Notes under the pieces: model-generated | Told to the model about the DNA's origin: nothing | The model's database searches: none | What the model saw: the letters and a program-made list of their open reading frames with translations, nothing else | Source of the DNA: a virus | Taxonomy: Duplodnaviria > Caudoviricetes | Length of the DNA stretch: 35,232 nt | IMG/VR virus record: IMGVR_UViG_3300030330_006583 | Coordinates: 1-35,232 of that record | Strand: one strand, 5' to 3' | Made by a program: the position numbers and the translations under genes | Shown here: piece after piece, positions 1 through 7,978 of the stretch | Numbering within the stretch: the first letter of the stretch is position 1 | How the letters are laid out: each line of letters opens with the position of its first letter

Positions 1-2
1 AC

Positions 3-452
3 TTACCTTCCGACCTTCTCAACCCTTATATCAATACAGAAATTAGAGAAGGTAAGTTTTTAAATGATCCTGAAGAATCATATAGGAACTTTATTGAGTG
101 GTATACTACGAGAATCAAAAAAGAGGTAGATAAAAGAAAATCTGTACGAGGTAAGCAAAAGTTAGAAGAGACACTTAAGCAAAAAACGGCTCAATTTGAA
201 TCACAAAAGGATGACATAGTTAATTTGTTTAAGGTTAGTAGTTTGTTGTCGCAGGCTAAACAGATCTTTATTAACAAGTACAATAATGCTGTATATAACA
301 CTAAGCACTTCATTGATGAAGGTGAGGGAGTGTTAAGGGTAACTGCTCCGGAAGGGTATGTTGCAGTTGATAGAGATGGTAATGCTGTTAAACTGGTTAA
401 CAGATTAGATTTTAGTTCAGCTAACTTTCAAAAAGATAAACCCGGATCATGA
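3..452 (+). CDS. DUF6267-like T4-type phage protein, 5'-truncated
   Basis: Frame is open from nt 3 (LPSDLLNPYINTEIREGK...) to the stop at 452, so the ORF-track start at 225 is internal. The C-terminus PEGYVAVDRDGNAVKLVNRLDFSSANF is typical of this conserved family in T4-like phages. Confidence 0.7.
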   Translation, partial: LPSDLLNPYINTEIREGKFLNDPEESYRNFIEWYTTRIKKEVDKRKSVRGKQKLEETLKQKTAQFESQKDDIVNLFKVSSLLSQAKQIFINKYNNAVYNTKHFIDEGEGVLRVTAPEGYVAVDRDGNAVKLVNRLDFSSANFQKDKPGS

Positions 453-1027
453 GAACATTTAGAGAATATTTTGAAGATATGGAGACAAGAGTTGAGCGAA
501 TCGCTCTTCTCCCCGGTGGCTTTAAACCACCTACAAAGGGGCACTTTAGTGCTTTAAGGTATTTGCTTGATGATGCTGATAGGGGTATCGTTTATATCGG
601 TAGTAGGGTGCGTGATGGTATTACACCTGAGCAATCAGAAAAAATATGGAACATATATGCAAAATATTTTGATAAGCCTGTTGAGGTTATACGTGTACCA
701 AACCCAGTAATAGCTACTTACAAATTTGCTGATGAAAATTTAGATAAAACATTGCTTGTTGGTGCCGGTGGTCCTCGTGAAAATGAAGACGGTACAGTTG
801 ACGAAGGTGACATTGAGCGTTACAAATACTTTCAAGATAATGTTGAAAAATACCCATACGTTAATGTAGTTCAAATACCAAGTCAAGAGGGAGACATGAG
901 TGGAACTAAAGTTAGAAAAAAGATTAAGAAGGATATGGAGCAGGGCTTGGAGTATTTTGTACCAGAGGAAATTATTACTTCAAAAGATGATATGCAAGCT
1001 ATAGAAGAAATATTAACAAGCAATTAA
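449..1027 (+). CDS. Cytidylyltransferase-like (HxGH-superfamily) nucleotidyltransferase
   Basis: PGGFKPPTKGH motif, distal MSGTKVRK (KMSKS-like) motif, ATGA overlap with the upstream gene. Confidence 0.8.
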   Translation: MRTFREYFEDMETRVERIALLPGGFKPPTKGHFSALRYLLDDADRGIVYIGSRVRDGITPEQSEKIWNIYAKYFDKPVEVIRVPNPVIATYKFADENLDKTLLVGAGGPRENEDGTVDEGDIERYKYFQDNVEKYPYVNVVQIPSQEGDMSGTKVRKKIKKDMEQGLEYFVPEEIITSKDDMQAIEEILTSN

Positions 1028-1030
1028 ATA
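1025..1030 (+). promoter_or_regulatory. T4-like late promoter box TAAATA
   Basis: TAAATA-5 nt-ATG(1036). Confidence 0.55.
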
Positions 1031-1035
1031 ATAGT

Positions 1036-1458
1036 ATGAGAGATAAGAAACGTAAAGAGAAAGCTATGCTTGAAGAAGCGTACGGCAAGGTTAATGAAAT
1101 GAACCTTGGACCTCATAACGACCCTTATCCGCAAACAATGGCTGTAGCTGTTCCAATTCCAGCTGAAGATGAAAGTTGTGGGGAGTATGATCAATCAGAA
1201 ATCGATATGGCTGGTAGAGAATTACTTAAAGCACAAGAATATGCAGCTAAATTAAGTCAAATGGTACCGGCTCTTCCAGGATTAGATGGATGGGTTGCCT
1301 CTAAAATTACTAAGGCTTCAGATTATCTCTCTTCTGTATATCATTTTCTTGATTATGAGTTACGCGAAAAGCCACAAGAAGTGGTTGTCGACATAGAGGA
1401 GATTGAGGCTCCTGTTGAAGTCTTTAACGTTGGGTATGAAGATTTAGAAAGTACTTGA
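1036..1458 (+). CDS. Conserved hypothetical T4-like phage protein (acidic, possibly virion-internal)
   Basis: 140 aa ORF. The LDGWVASKITKASDYLSSVYHFLDYE block resembles a recurrent hypothetical domain of large myoviruses. Confidence 0.65.
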   Translation: MRDKKRKEKAMLEEAYGKVNEMNLGPHNDPYPQTMAVAVPIPAEDESCGEYDQSEIDMAGRELLKAQEYAAKLSQMVPALPGLDGWVASKITKASDYLSSVYHFLDYELREKPQEVVVDIEEIEAPVEVFNVGYEDLEST

Positions 1459-1482
1459 CCACATTCTTAATTAGCAGTTGCT

Positions 1483-1923
1483 ATGAAAAAATTTAAACAA
1501 TTCTTTATAGAAAAATCTGTCTTAGGGCTCATAGAGTTCTTTGATGTAGATGGTATTGGTAAAATTCCTTCTAAATTAGACTCAGGTAACGGTGCTTATA
1601 ACGTTATTCACGGTGAAGATATACAAGTACAAGGTAATAAAGTACATTTTAAGACAGTAAACAATCAGCGTCTTATGAAAGATAAAGTAGACGATATAGT
1701 AATTAACGTTGGTGCTGGTAACACTGAAGAAAGACCAGTAGTTAATTTCGATCTTAAGATTGGTAATAAGGAATTCAAAAATGTTCCTTTTTCTGTAGGT
1801 AACAGAGCTAGTAATCTGTTTAAAATATTAGTCAGTAAAGACTTTATTGAAAAAGAGCTTGATGCTCTTATTGATGTAAGTCAGGAAAATATAGCTGACA
1901 GAGATATTGAAGCTACTTATTAA
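1483..1923 (+). CDS. Retropepsin-like protease (RimK-associated 'ATP-dependent Zn protease' family)
   Basis: KLDSGNGA (D-S/T-G catalytic motif), EERPVV, and the C-terminal R...FKILVS segment. Confidence 0.7.
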   Translation: MKKFKQFFIEKSVLGLIEFFDVDGIGKIPSKLDSGNGAYNVIHGEDIQVQGNKVHFKTVNNQRLMKDKVDDIVINVGAGNTEERPVVNFDLKIGNKEFKNVPFSVGNRASNLFKILVSKDFIEKELDALIDVSQENIADRDIEATY

Positions 1924-2450
1924 TACCAAGTAGGTTTCCAACGCAATGTCCAAGTTGCGAAATCCTTATCATGACGAATATACTCTCTGTATTTGTCAAT
2001 AGTTGAAAGATTATCAAAATTTTCTATATTTCTACAATTACAATCATCACTAATAGCAACTGCATAATTAGTTAAACCGGTTTTACTCATAATTGTATTA
2101 TGAATATTTTTACCGCACCATTGTATAAACGTTTTTGTAAAATGTTCATTAGAATCAGGCCATCTATACATACGTTCAGTAAACATTTCCAACGTATGAT
2201 CAACTAACCACTTAAAGTTATCTTTAGTCTCTCTAGCCCATATAGAGCATTGATGATTGAAATAACCTTTACCTCTTCTACGAGGTTTACCGGTAGAAGT
2301 TCTAGGAGTAGAAGGATGATCTAACACCTCTTGTGGAAATGCGTGAGCTAACATAATAGCTCCTTCTATTTGCATCTTTGATCTTACATGTTGATCGCAA
2401 AGATTGTGAGTTGATTGTATAGGGTCGTCGTCAGTTACAAAGATATTCAT
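1920..2450 (-). CDS. Pyrimidine-dimer DNA glycosylase-like (DenV-related) protein
   Basis: MNIFVTDDDP...CDQHVRSKMQIEGAIML, NHQCSIWARE and C-terminal YREY...WKPTW match this phage family. Confidence 0.7.
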   Translation of the reverse strand: MNIFVTDDDPIQSTHNLCDQHVRSKMQIEGAIMLAHAFPQEVLDHPSTPRTSTGKPRRRGKGYFNHQCSIWARETKDNFKWLVDHTLEMFTERMYRWPDSNEHFTKTFIQWCGKNIHNTIMSKTGLTNYAVAISDDCNCRNIENFDNLSTIDKYREYIRHDKDFATWTLRWKPTWY

Positions 2451-2782
2451 TTAAGTAGAGTATAATATGAAGTTATCTCATCTCCAGCTTTTATTGGCTT
2501 AACAGTATATAAAATTCTACGAAAATTAAAATGAGAACCTTTTATTTTCTCTTTTACCATAAAGGTATTAGGATTTTCACTATGATTTATAAACCCTCCT
2601 AATGGTGTTCTTACCCATTCATCAATACCTATATATAAATTACTAACTTTAATATGTGTTATCCCGAGCTTCTTACCAGCACGTAGATCTACTTTAGTAA
2701 ATAAACCTAAACCGTGTATTTTACTTTCTTTTATTGTAAGACCTAATGGTAAAGGCTTATAACTTTCCGGATTAAACTCCAT
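2447..2782 (-). CDS. SET-domain protein (lysine methyltransferase-like)
   Basis: SKIHGLGLF, GGFINHSENPN and IKAGDEITSYY are the SET signature motifs. Confidence 0.9.
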   Translation of the reverse strand: MEFNPESYKPLPLGLTIKESKIHGLGLFTKVDLRAGKKLGITHIKVSNLYIGIDEWVRTPLGGFINHSENPNTFMVKEKIKGSHFNFRRILYTVKPIKAGDEITSYYTLLK

Positions 2783-2784
2783 TA

Positions 2785-3834
2785 TTATCTTAATCCTGTA
2801 GATTCAAAAACGTCTCTAGTAACCCCTGCTTTAAAGCCACCTTCAATACCTTTTACAATTACAGATACAGCATTATGACTATGCAAACTTTCATTATGAG
2901 AAGCTACAATCTTAAAGTCTAAAATACGCGATTCATTAGTAAGTTTTTCATACAGCAATCTAACAGCATCTTCTACAAACTTTAAGTAAGCACCGTTCTT
3001 TTCTGCAAACGCTTGCTCATCTTCTCTTTTAACCATAACTTGCGTTTCAGTTTGAAGAGCATCTAAGCATAATTCTTGAATATCTTCAATCCAAAGCATA
3101 TCTTCAAATCTTACACTTACACGAGCGACACTTCTTTGACTATGAGGTACAGTAGCTCTATTACGATACTTCTCAGCATGTTCACTTAGCTCAAAACTAC
3201 AAGGACAAGCAGAAGAATAAACAAAATCAAAATGAATATACTTCTTAAACTCACCTTCTTTAGTTAAGTCACCTTCAAATACTACATCGTAATATTGATA
3301 ACCTTCTAAACCACTACGTAAACTTTGCTGCTTAATAGGATAAGATATCTTAAGCATTATTCTAGAATCAAAACATTTAAGATTATTTTTATAAGTCTCT
3401 AAAACGTCTTTAATCTTATCAATACTAAATGTCTCATCTTTATGATCATAAAAGCTTCTCATAATACGTGACATATTAATACCTTTCTTATGAGCTTCCA
3501 AGCTAACACTACCTGTTACACTTGTTTCCAACTCAATTGTCTTACCGTTTCTTTTCTTATATGTAAGAGGTAGCTTAAAGTTATGAATACCTACTTGTTG
3601 AATAGGAACTGCTGCACCTTGAATTAAGCTAGAAGGTCCATTTTGCAGATCAGGTAAAGAAGAGATGTACTTTTTAGTAGCGTTGACGTTATTATCATAA
3701 ACTCTAATAGGAGGAAAATAACTACTGCTATATTCATCACCCATTATTTCTTTTGCAATAACATCTTTTTCGCCAGTAAGTTCATCATCCTCTCCTAGCC
3801 ACTCATAATTAGAATCTTTTTTACTTTTACTCAT
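2785..3834 (-). CDS. folE2: GTP cyclohydrolase I type IB
   Basis: LPDLQ, KGINMSR, SACPCS, PHSQRS, VKREDEQAFAE, FVEDAVR and ESLHSHNA motifs. Confidence 0.93.
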   Translation of the reverse strand: MSKSKKDSNYEWLGEDDELTGEKDVIAKEIMGDEYSSSYFPPIRVYDNNVNATKKYISSLPDLQNGPSSLIQGAAVPIQQVGIHNFKLPLTYKKRNGKTIELETSVTGSVSLEAHKKGINMSRIMRSFYDHKDETFSIDKIKDVLETYKNNLKCFDSRIMLKISYPIKQQSLRSGLEGYQYYDVVFEGDLTKEGEFKKYIHFDFVYSSACPCSFELSEHAEKYRNRATVPHSQRSVARVSVRFEDMLWIEDIQELCLDALQTETQVMVKREDEQAFAEKNGAYLKFVEDAVRLLYEKLTNESRILDFKIVASHNESLHSHNAVSVIVKGIEGGFKAGVTRDVFESTGLR

Positions 3835-3838
3835 TTAT

Positions 3839-3873
3839 ATTATACTATTATAGTTACAATATTTCTTTTTCAA
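3839..3873 (-). promoter_or_regulatory. Sigma70-like promoter for folE2
   Basis: Minus strand TTGAAA (3873-3868), 15 nt, TATAAT (3852-3847). A second TATAAT (3844-3839) lies 4 nt before the ATG. Confidence 0.5.
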
Positions 3874-3876
3874 GAC

Positions 3877-3882
3877 TAAATA
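3877..3882 (+). promoter_or_regulatory. Late promoter box TAAATA
   Basis: TAAATA-6 nt-ATG(3889). Confidence 0.5.
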
Positions 3883-3888
3883 TTGTAT

Positions 3889-4986
3889 ATGGCTAAATTG
3901 ACGCAAAAAGACCTTATTCAAAGAAGTTTATATGAAGAAGGAATAGGAAGTATGTTAAAGCAAGCTGCAAAATCAGCTTTAAAAACAGGAGTAGGAGCTG
4001 CTAAAGCTTTAGGTGCATCTGCAGCTCCAAAGACAGCGGCTGCACTCGGTAAACTAGGCAATGTAGTGAGCAGTAATTTTGTAGAAATTATGGCTGCTAA
4101 CCCTAAAAATGGTCTTAGATCTTGGTTAAATACCCCTGAAGGCCGTAGACTTTTTAAAGATGTAAGTTTAGGTAAAGAAAAAACTTTAGCTAATAATGAT
4201 GTTAATGTAAATTTTAAAGGGAAATATATAGACCCTAAAACCCCTAATGAACCTAAAGAAGTACAAGGTATTTTTTCAGTAAGAAAAGAAGACGAAGGTA
4301 AATGGGGAATAATGGGTGCAAATGACAATGAAGGAAATGTAATATGGGTTCCTACAACAAAGAAGGATAAAGATAAGGGTAAAGATGAAGATACAACTTC
4401 TTCTAAAGAAGCTGCACCAGTAACTGTAAACGTACAGGGCTCCCAAGGAGCTCAAGGAGCCCAAGGAGCAACAGGAGCTCAGGGTGCCACTGGAGCACAG
4501 GGTTCTCAAGGTGCTACAGGTAGCCAAGGAGCTACTGGTGCTACCGGTACACAAGAAGAACCTAAAGAGACACGTAAAGACGTTGGTAGTGCGGGTGAGT
4601 TTGGAAGGACACCGAAGGCCGCAGGTGCTACTGATACACAAGGTGAAAAAGAAACTACTGATACACAAGAAAAACCTAAAGAAGAGCCAACAAAAGAATA
4701 TCAGCCCTACGGATATCAAGATACAGATACAATGAAAAGGATAAGAGAGCGGTTAAATGACAGAAAACTTCCAAGAAAGAGTGATATTGAGGAGTTATTA
4801 AAGTATCCGGATGTTGATCCAAATACACCACTCGGTTATATATTTCAAAATGATAAAGGACAAATGGACCTAGACAAGGATATACAGACGATGAAGTTAA
4901 GATCTATTTTAAATAAAAAGGAGCAGTTACGCGATCAATTTTCACAAAAAAATCTCCTAAGACAGTTGACTTTGCTTTCGAAATAA
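3889..4986 (+). CDS. Hypothetical protein with internal collagen-like G-X-Y repeat
   Basis: Long ORF (track start is TTG 3883; in-frame ATG 3889 preferred), 13 Gly-X-Y triplets, charged low-complexity flanks. Confidence 0.75.
   Translation: MAKLTQKDLIQRSLYEEGIGSMLKQAAKSALKTGVGAAKALGASAAPKTAAALGKLGNVVSSNFVEIMAANPKNGLRSWLNTPEGRRLFKDVSLGKEKTLANNDVNVNFKGKYIDPKTPNEPKEVQGIFSVRKEDEGKWGIMGANDNEGNVIWVPTTKKDKDKGKDEDTTSSKEAAPVTVNVQGSQGAQGAQGATGAQGATGAQGSQGATGSQGATGATGTQEEPKETRKDVGSAGEFGRTPKAAGATDTQGEKETTDTQEKPKEEPTKEYQPYGYQDTDTMKRIRERLNDRKLPRKSDIEELLKYPDVDPNTPLGYIFQNDKGQMDLDKDIQTMKLRSILNKKEQLRDQFSQKNLLRQLTLLSK
4438..4554 (+). repeat. Collagen-like repeat, 13 x G-(S/A/T)-(Q/T)
   Basis: GSQ GAQ GAQ GAT GAQ GAT GAQ GSQ GAT GSQ GAT GAT GTQ, with degenerate codons. 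Confidence 0.9.
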
Positions 4987-5037
4987 TTAATTATCCGAGA
5001 CTGGACGAGGGAGAGCCTTTTAAATTCACCTCACTAG

Positions 5038-5065
5038 TTGATTTATTTCTTGTTCTTCTTATAAT
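5038..5065 (+). promoter_or_regulatory. Sigma70-like promoter for queD
   Basis: TTGATT-16 nt-TATAAT-6 nt-ATG(5072). Confidence 0.65.
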
Positions 5066-5071
5066 AATAGT

Positions 5072-5710
5072 ATGACTTATACATCTTCGAAAGTAATTGA
5101 ACTAGGATCAACAGCATTTCGTCAGCCTAATGCAGATTCGCATTGCAAATATTTACATGGCTATCAACTAAAAGCAGAACTTACTTTTGGTTGTGAAAAA
5201 TTAGATGATAATAACTGGGTATTTGATTTTGGTGGTCTTAAACAACTTAAAGAAATATTTAACAATCAATTTGATCATACTACTGTTATTTCTGGATCTG
5301 ACCCTGAGTTAGATACTTTTAAAGAACTACAAAATAAGGGTATTATTCAACTAAGAATATTAGATGGTGGTGTAGGTATTGAAAAATTTGCTGAATGGGT
5401 ATTTAAAACTGCAGATACACATGTTGAAGAGGTAACTGAAGGACGCGTCTGGGTTGAAAACGTAACTGTATATGAGCATAAAAGTAATTTTGCTTCTGTT
5501 AGTAAACAACTACAAAAATCTACTTTATATGTAAATGAAGAAGGAACTAAAACATATGTTGAAGTAGAAGAAAAGGAATTACCTGATCAAGACAATACAC
5601 CTGAACCTGATCCAGCTCCACAAGATCATAACCCTAAAGCGTCTCAGGTAGGTAATCAAGTTACACAAGGTAAAGGTAACTGGTTTGCAGGTACTACGTG
5701 GGGCGATTAA
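5072..5710 (+). CDS. queD: 6-carboxy-tetrahydropterin synthase (QueD/PTPS family) with C-terminal extension
   Basis: AFRQ...SHCKYLHGY, NWVFDFGGLK, FDHT, GIEKFAE and V.VYEH..N motifs. Confidence 0.85.
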   Translation: MTYTSSKVIELGSTAFRQPNADSHCKYLHGYQLKAELTFGCEKLDDNNWVFDFGGLKQLKEIFNNQFDHTTVISGSDPELDTFKELQNKGIIQLRILDGGVGIEKFAEWVFKTADTHVEEVTEGRVWVENVTVYEHKSNFASVSKQLQKSTLYVNEEGTKTYVEVEEKELPDQDNTPEPDPAPQDHNPKASQVGNQVTQGKGNWFAGTTWGD

Positions 5711-6429
5711 GTTCCTAATACTGAGCAAATAAATCTTAAGATCTTACTTCTAGCAATTTCAGAGTTTCCAAATTTAAAAGAATATATATCATTTTCTCTA
5801 CACTGCTCTGTGTTAAATGTATTAAAGATTTCTTTATATCCGGATTTATTTACATCAGCTTGATTACTATCACCAATTACAATATATTTGGAATTTCTTC
5901 CAAATCTAGTTAAAATAGTTGTTAGCTCTTTTCGTGATAAATTTTGTGCTTCATCTACAATTACTAAAGTTTTATTAAAAGTTAAACCTCTAACAAAATT
6001 AACTGGAATTGCTTCAATTATTCCTTTTTGCTTAAGCATGCTGCATGCCCCGGTACCGGCTATTTCAATAACTTTTTCATCTAAAGGTATAGCATAAGGA
6101 GAAAATTTATCATCAATTTCACCTGGTAAAGATCCTAAACTCTTTTCAGCTGATTCTGCAATAGATCTTATATATACTAATTTAGTAAAATCTTCATTTT
6201 TAATTAGTTCTAAACCTGCATATACTGCAATATATGTCTTCATGCTACCAGCTGGGCCATCAACGAATCCAATTTTTGTCTTATCATTTATAATACAATT
6301 ATAAAATTGCTTGTGCATAGGATTAAGATAAAACGATCGCTTAATCTTAAAATCGAATATGTAGTTCTTGTTAAATGCTTCCGCAAGTTCATCACTTGCC
6401 CGACTCTTACGTGCGGTTTTTACACTCAT
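5707..6429 (-). CDS. phoH: PhoH-like ATPase
   Basis: GPAGSMKT, LGSLPG, FVRGLTF, IVDEAQN, GDSNQAD and EIARS motifs. Confidence 0.92.
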   Translation of the reverse strand: MSVKTARKSRASDELAEAFNKNYIFDFKIKRSFYLNPMHKQFYNCIINDKTKIGFVDGPAGSMKTYIAVYAGLELIKNEDFTKLVYIRSIAESAEKSLGSLPGEIDDKFSPYAIPLDEKVIEIAGTGACSMLKQKGIIEAIPVNFVRGLTFNKTLVIVDEAQNLSRKELTTILTRFGRNSKYIVIGDSNQADVNKSGYKEIFNTFNTEQCRENDIYSFKFGNSEIARSKILRFICSVLGT

Positions 6430-6438
6430 ATATATTAA

Positions 6439-6444
6439 TATTTA
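6439..6444 (-). promoter_or_regulatory. Late promoter box TAAATA for phoH
   Basis: Minus strand TAAATA-9 nt-ATG(6429). Confidence 0.5.
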
Positions 6445-6445
6445 G

Positions 6446-6473
6446 TTGAAAAACTCTTCAGAACCTATATAAT
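6446..6473 (+). promoter_or_regulatory. Sigma70-like promoter for queE
   Basis: TTGAAA-16 nt-TATAAT-7 nt-ATG(6481). Confidence 0.65.
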
Positions 6474-6480
6474 CTTATAT

Positions 6481-7239
6481 ATGTCTATAGATTGTGATAA
6501 AGAAACGTTACTAATATCTGATGATAAAGCTTTCTATACTTTAGAAGGTGAAGGTGAATACGTTGGTATGCCCTCGGTATTTTTTAGATTATCTATGTGT
6601 AATCTTACTTGTCAGGGATTTGCCTCTGAAGATTCACCTCATGGTTGTGATTCTTATATTTCTTGGTCTGTTAAGAATAAAATGACGTTTAATGAAATCT
6701 TTAAATATTTTGAAGATCATAAGCTTATTGATAAGTTAAAAGAACGTGCAATATTTAAAATTACTGGAGGTGAACCTATGGTTCAGCAAAAGCAGCTGCT
6801 AAAGTTTATAGAAGCTTTTATTGATAAGTATGATTTTCATCCTGTTATAGATTTTGAAACTAATGCTACAATTCAACCTGATGAATTATGGGTTAGTAAA
6901 TATTATGCCACGTTTACTACTTCTCCTAAACTTACCTCTAATGGTGATCCGGAAAAACGTACGTATAAACCTGAAGTTTTAAAGTGGCATAGAGAAGTAG
7001 GATCAGGTTTTAAATTTGTTATTAATAGATCTGAAGATATAGATGAAATATGGCAGAAATATGTACAAGATGGTACAATAAATGTACCATTACATCGTGT
7101 TTGGTTTATGCCTTGTTCAGGTAGCCGACAAGAGCATGTAGAAAAAGCACCTGCAGTAGCTGAATATGCTAAAGCAATGAATGTTAATTTTTCTCCTAGA
7201 TTACATCTACTAATATGGGATATGGCATTAAAGGTATAA
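6481..7239 (+). CDS. queE: 7-carboxy-7-deazaguanine synthase (radical SAM)
   Basis: FYTLEGEG..VGMPSVFFRL..CNLTC...CDS, ITGGEP, FETNAT, SPKL and SPRLHLLIW motifs. Confidence 0.9.
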   Translation: MSIDCDKETLLISDDKAFYTLEGEGEYVGMPSVFFRLSMCNLTCQGFASEDSPHGCDSYISWSVKNKMTFNEIFKYFEDHKLIDKLKERAIFKITGGEPMVQQKQLLKFIEAFIDKYDFHPVIDFETNATIQPDELWVSKYYATFTTSPKLTSNGDPEKRTYKPEVLKWHREVGSGFKFVINRSEDIDEIWQKYVQDGTINVPLHRVWFMPCSGSRQEHVEKAPAVAEYAKAMNVNFSPRLHLLIWDMALKV

Positions 7240-7255
7240 CGCAATATATATACGT

Positions 7256-7978
7256 ATGAGAATTGCATTTTCCGGAACAGGTAATAGTGGTAAGAGCACT
7301 ATAGTAAAGAGTTTTTTATATAATTGGGATAATTACTCGACACCGGAAAAAACATATAGAGATATATTAACTGAAGAGGGGTTACCTCATTCATCTAAAA
7401 CAACTACTGATACACAAGAAAAAATTCTTAACTTTTTTATAGATCAAGTTAAAGAATATGATAAAGGCGAAAAAGTAGTTTATGATAGATGTCCGTTGGA
7501 TAATATTGCATATACTATGTGGTGTCATGAAAAAAATATAGATGGATTTGATAGAAAATTTGTTACAGATCAAATTTCACTTATGAGAGAATCTTTAAGA
7601 TTCTTAGATATAATTTTCCTATGTAGGTTTGATGAAAAACAAGCTATCGAAGATGATGGTTTTAGGGATACAGATAAAGATTTTATTAAAGAAGTAGATA
7701 ATATTTTTTATTCTTTGTATAGACAATATACAGAAAACCCAGAAGCAGATATTTTCTTTCCAAAGGGCGATTCACCTTGTATTATTGAGTTGCCTAACGA
7801 AGGTCAACACCGTATTGATATGGTTCAAGAGTATGTAACTCCAGAAGGAGAGATGTACGGTGATGAAGCTTCAATCTTTAATGATATAAATGAGCTTGAA
7901 AGACTTGTTACTCAACAAAAAGCAGCTTTAGATCAAGAAGAAAAAGAGAAAGAATTATTTCGCAAGTTTGGTTTATGA
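7256..7978 (+). CDS. P-loop NTPase/kinase, AAA_28 (NadR-like/dNMP-kinase-like)
   Basis: MRIAFSGTGNSGKST Walker A, VYDRCPLD and EDDGFR motifs. Confidence 0.75.
   Translation: MRIAFSGTGNSGKSTIVKSFLYNWDNYSTPEKTYRDILTEEGLPHSSKTTTDTQEKILNFFIDQVKEYDKGEKVVYDRCPLDNIAYTMWCHEKNIDGFDRKFVTDQISLMRESLRFLDIIFLCRFDEKQAIEDDGFRDTDKDFIKEVDNIFYSLYRQYTENPEADIFFPKGDSPCIIELPNEGQHRIDMVQEYVTPEGEMYGDEASIFNDINELERLVTQQKAALDQEEKEKELFRKFGL

Noticed and set aside
3918-4735. Overlapping ORFs 3918-4328(-), 4276-4719(-) and 4484-4735(+)
   Set aside because: They are shadows of the low-complexity collagen-repeat gene. The apparent Cys/Phe richness is the reverse complement of Ala/Thr/Glu/Lys codons.
4987-5037. Possible preQ1 riboswitch or terminator upstream of queD
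   Set aside because: No preQ1 aptamer consensus is visible, pairing is weak (GAGG/CCTC), and the segment lies upstream of the predicted queD promoter.
5707-6429. phoH as a novelty, including the GPAGSMKT Walker A variant
   Set aside because: phoH is common in large lytic phages and the catalytic Lys-Thr is retained.
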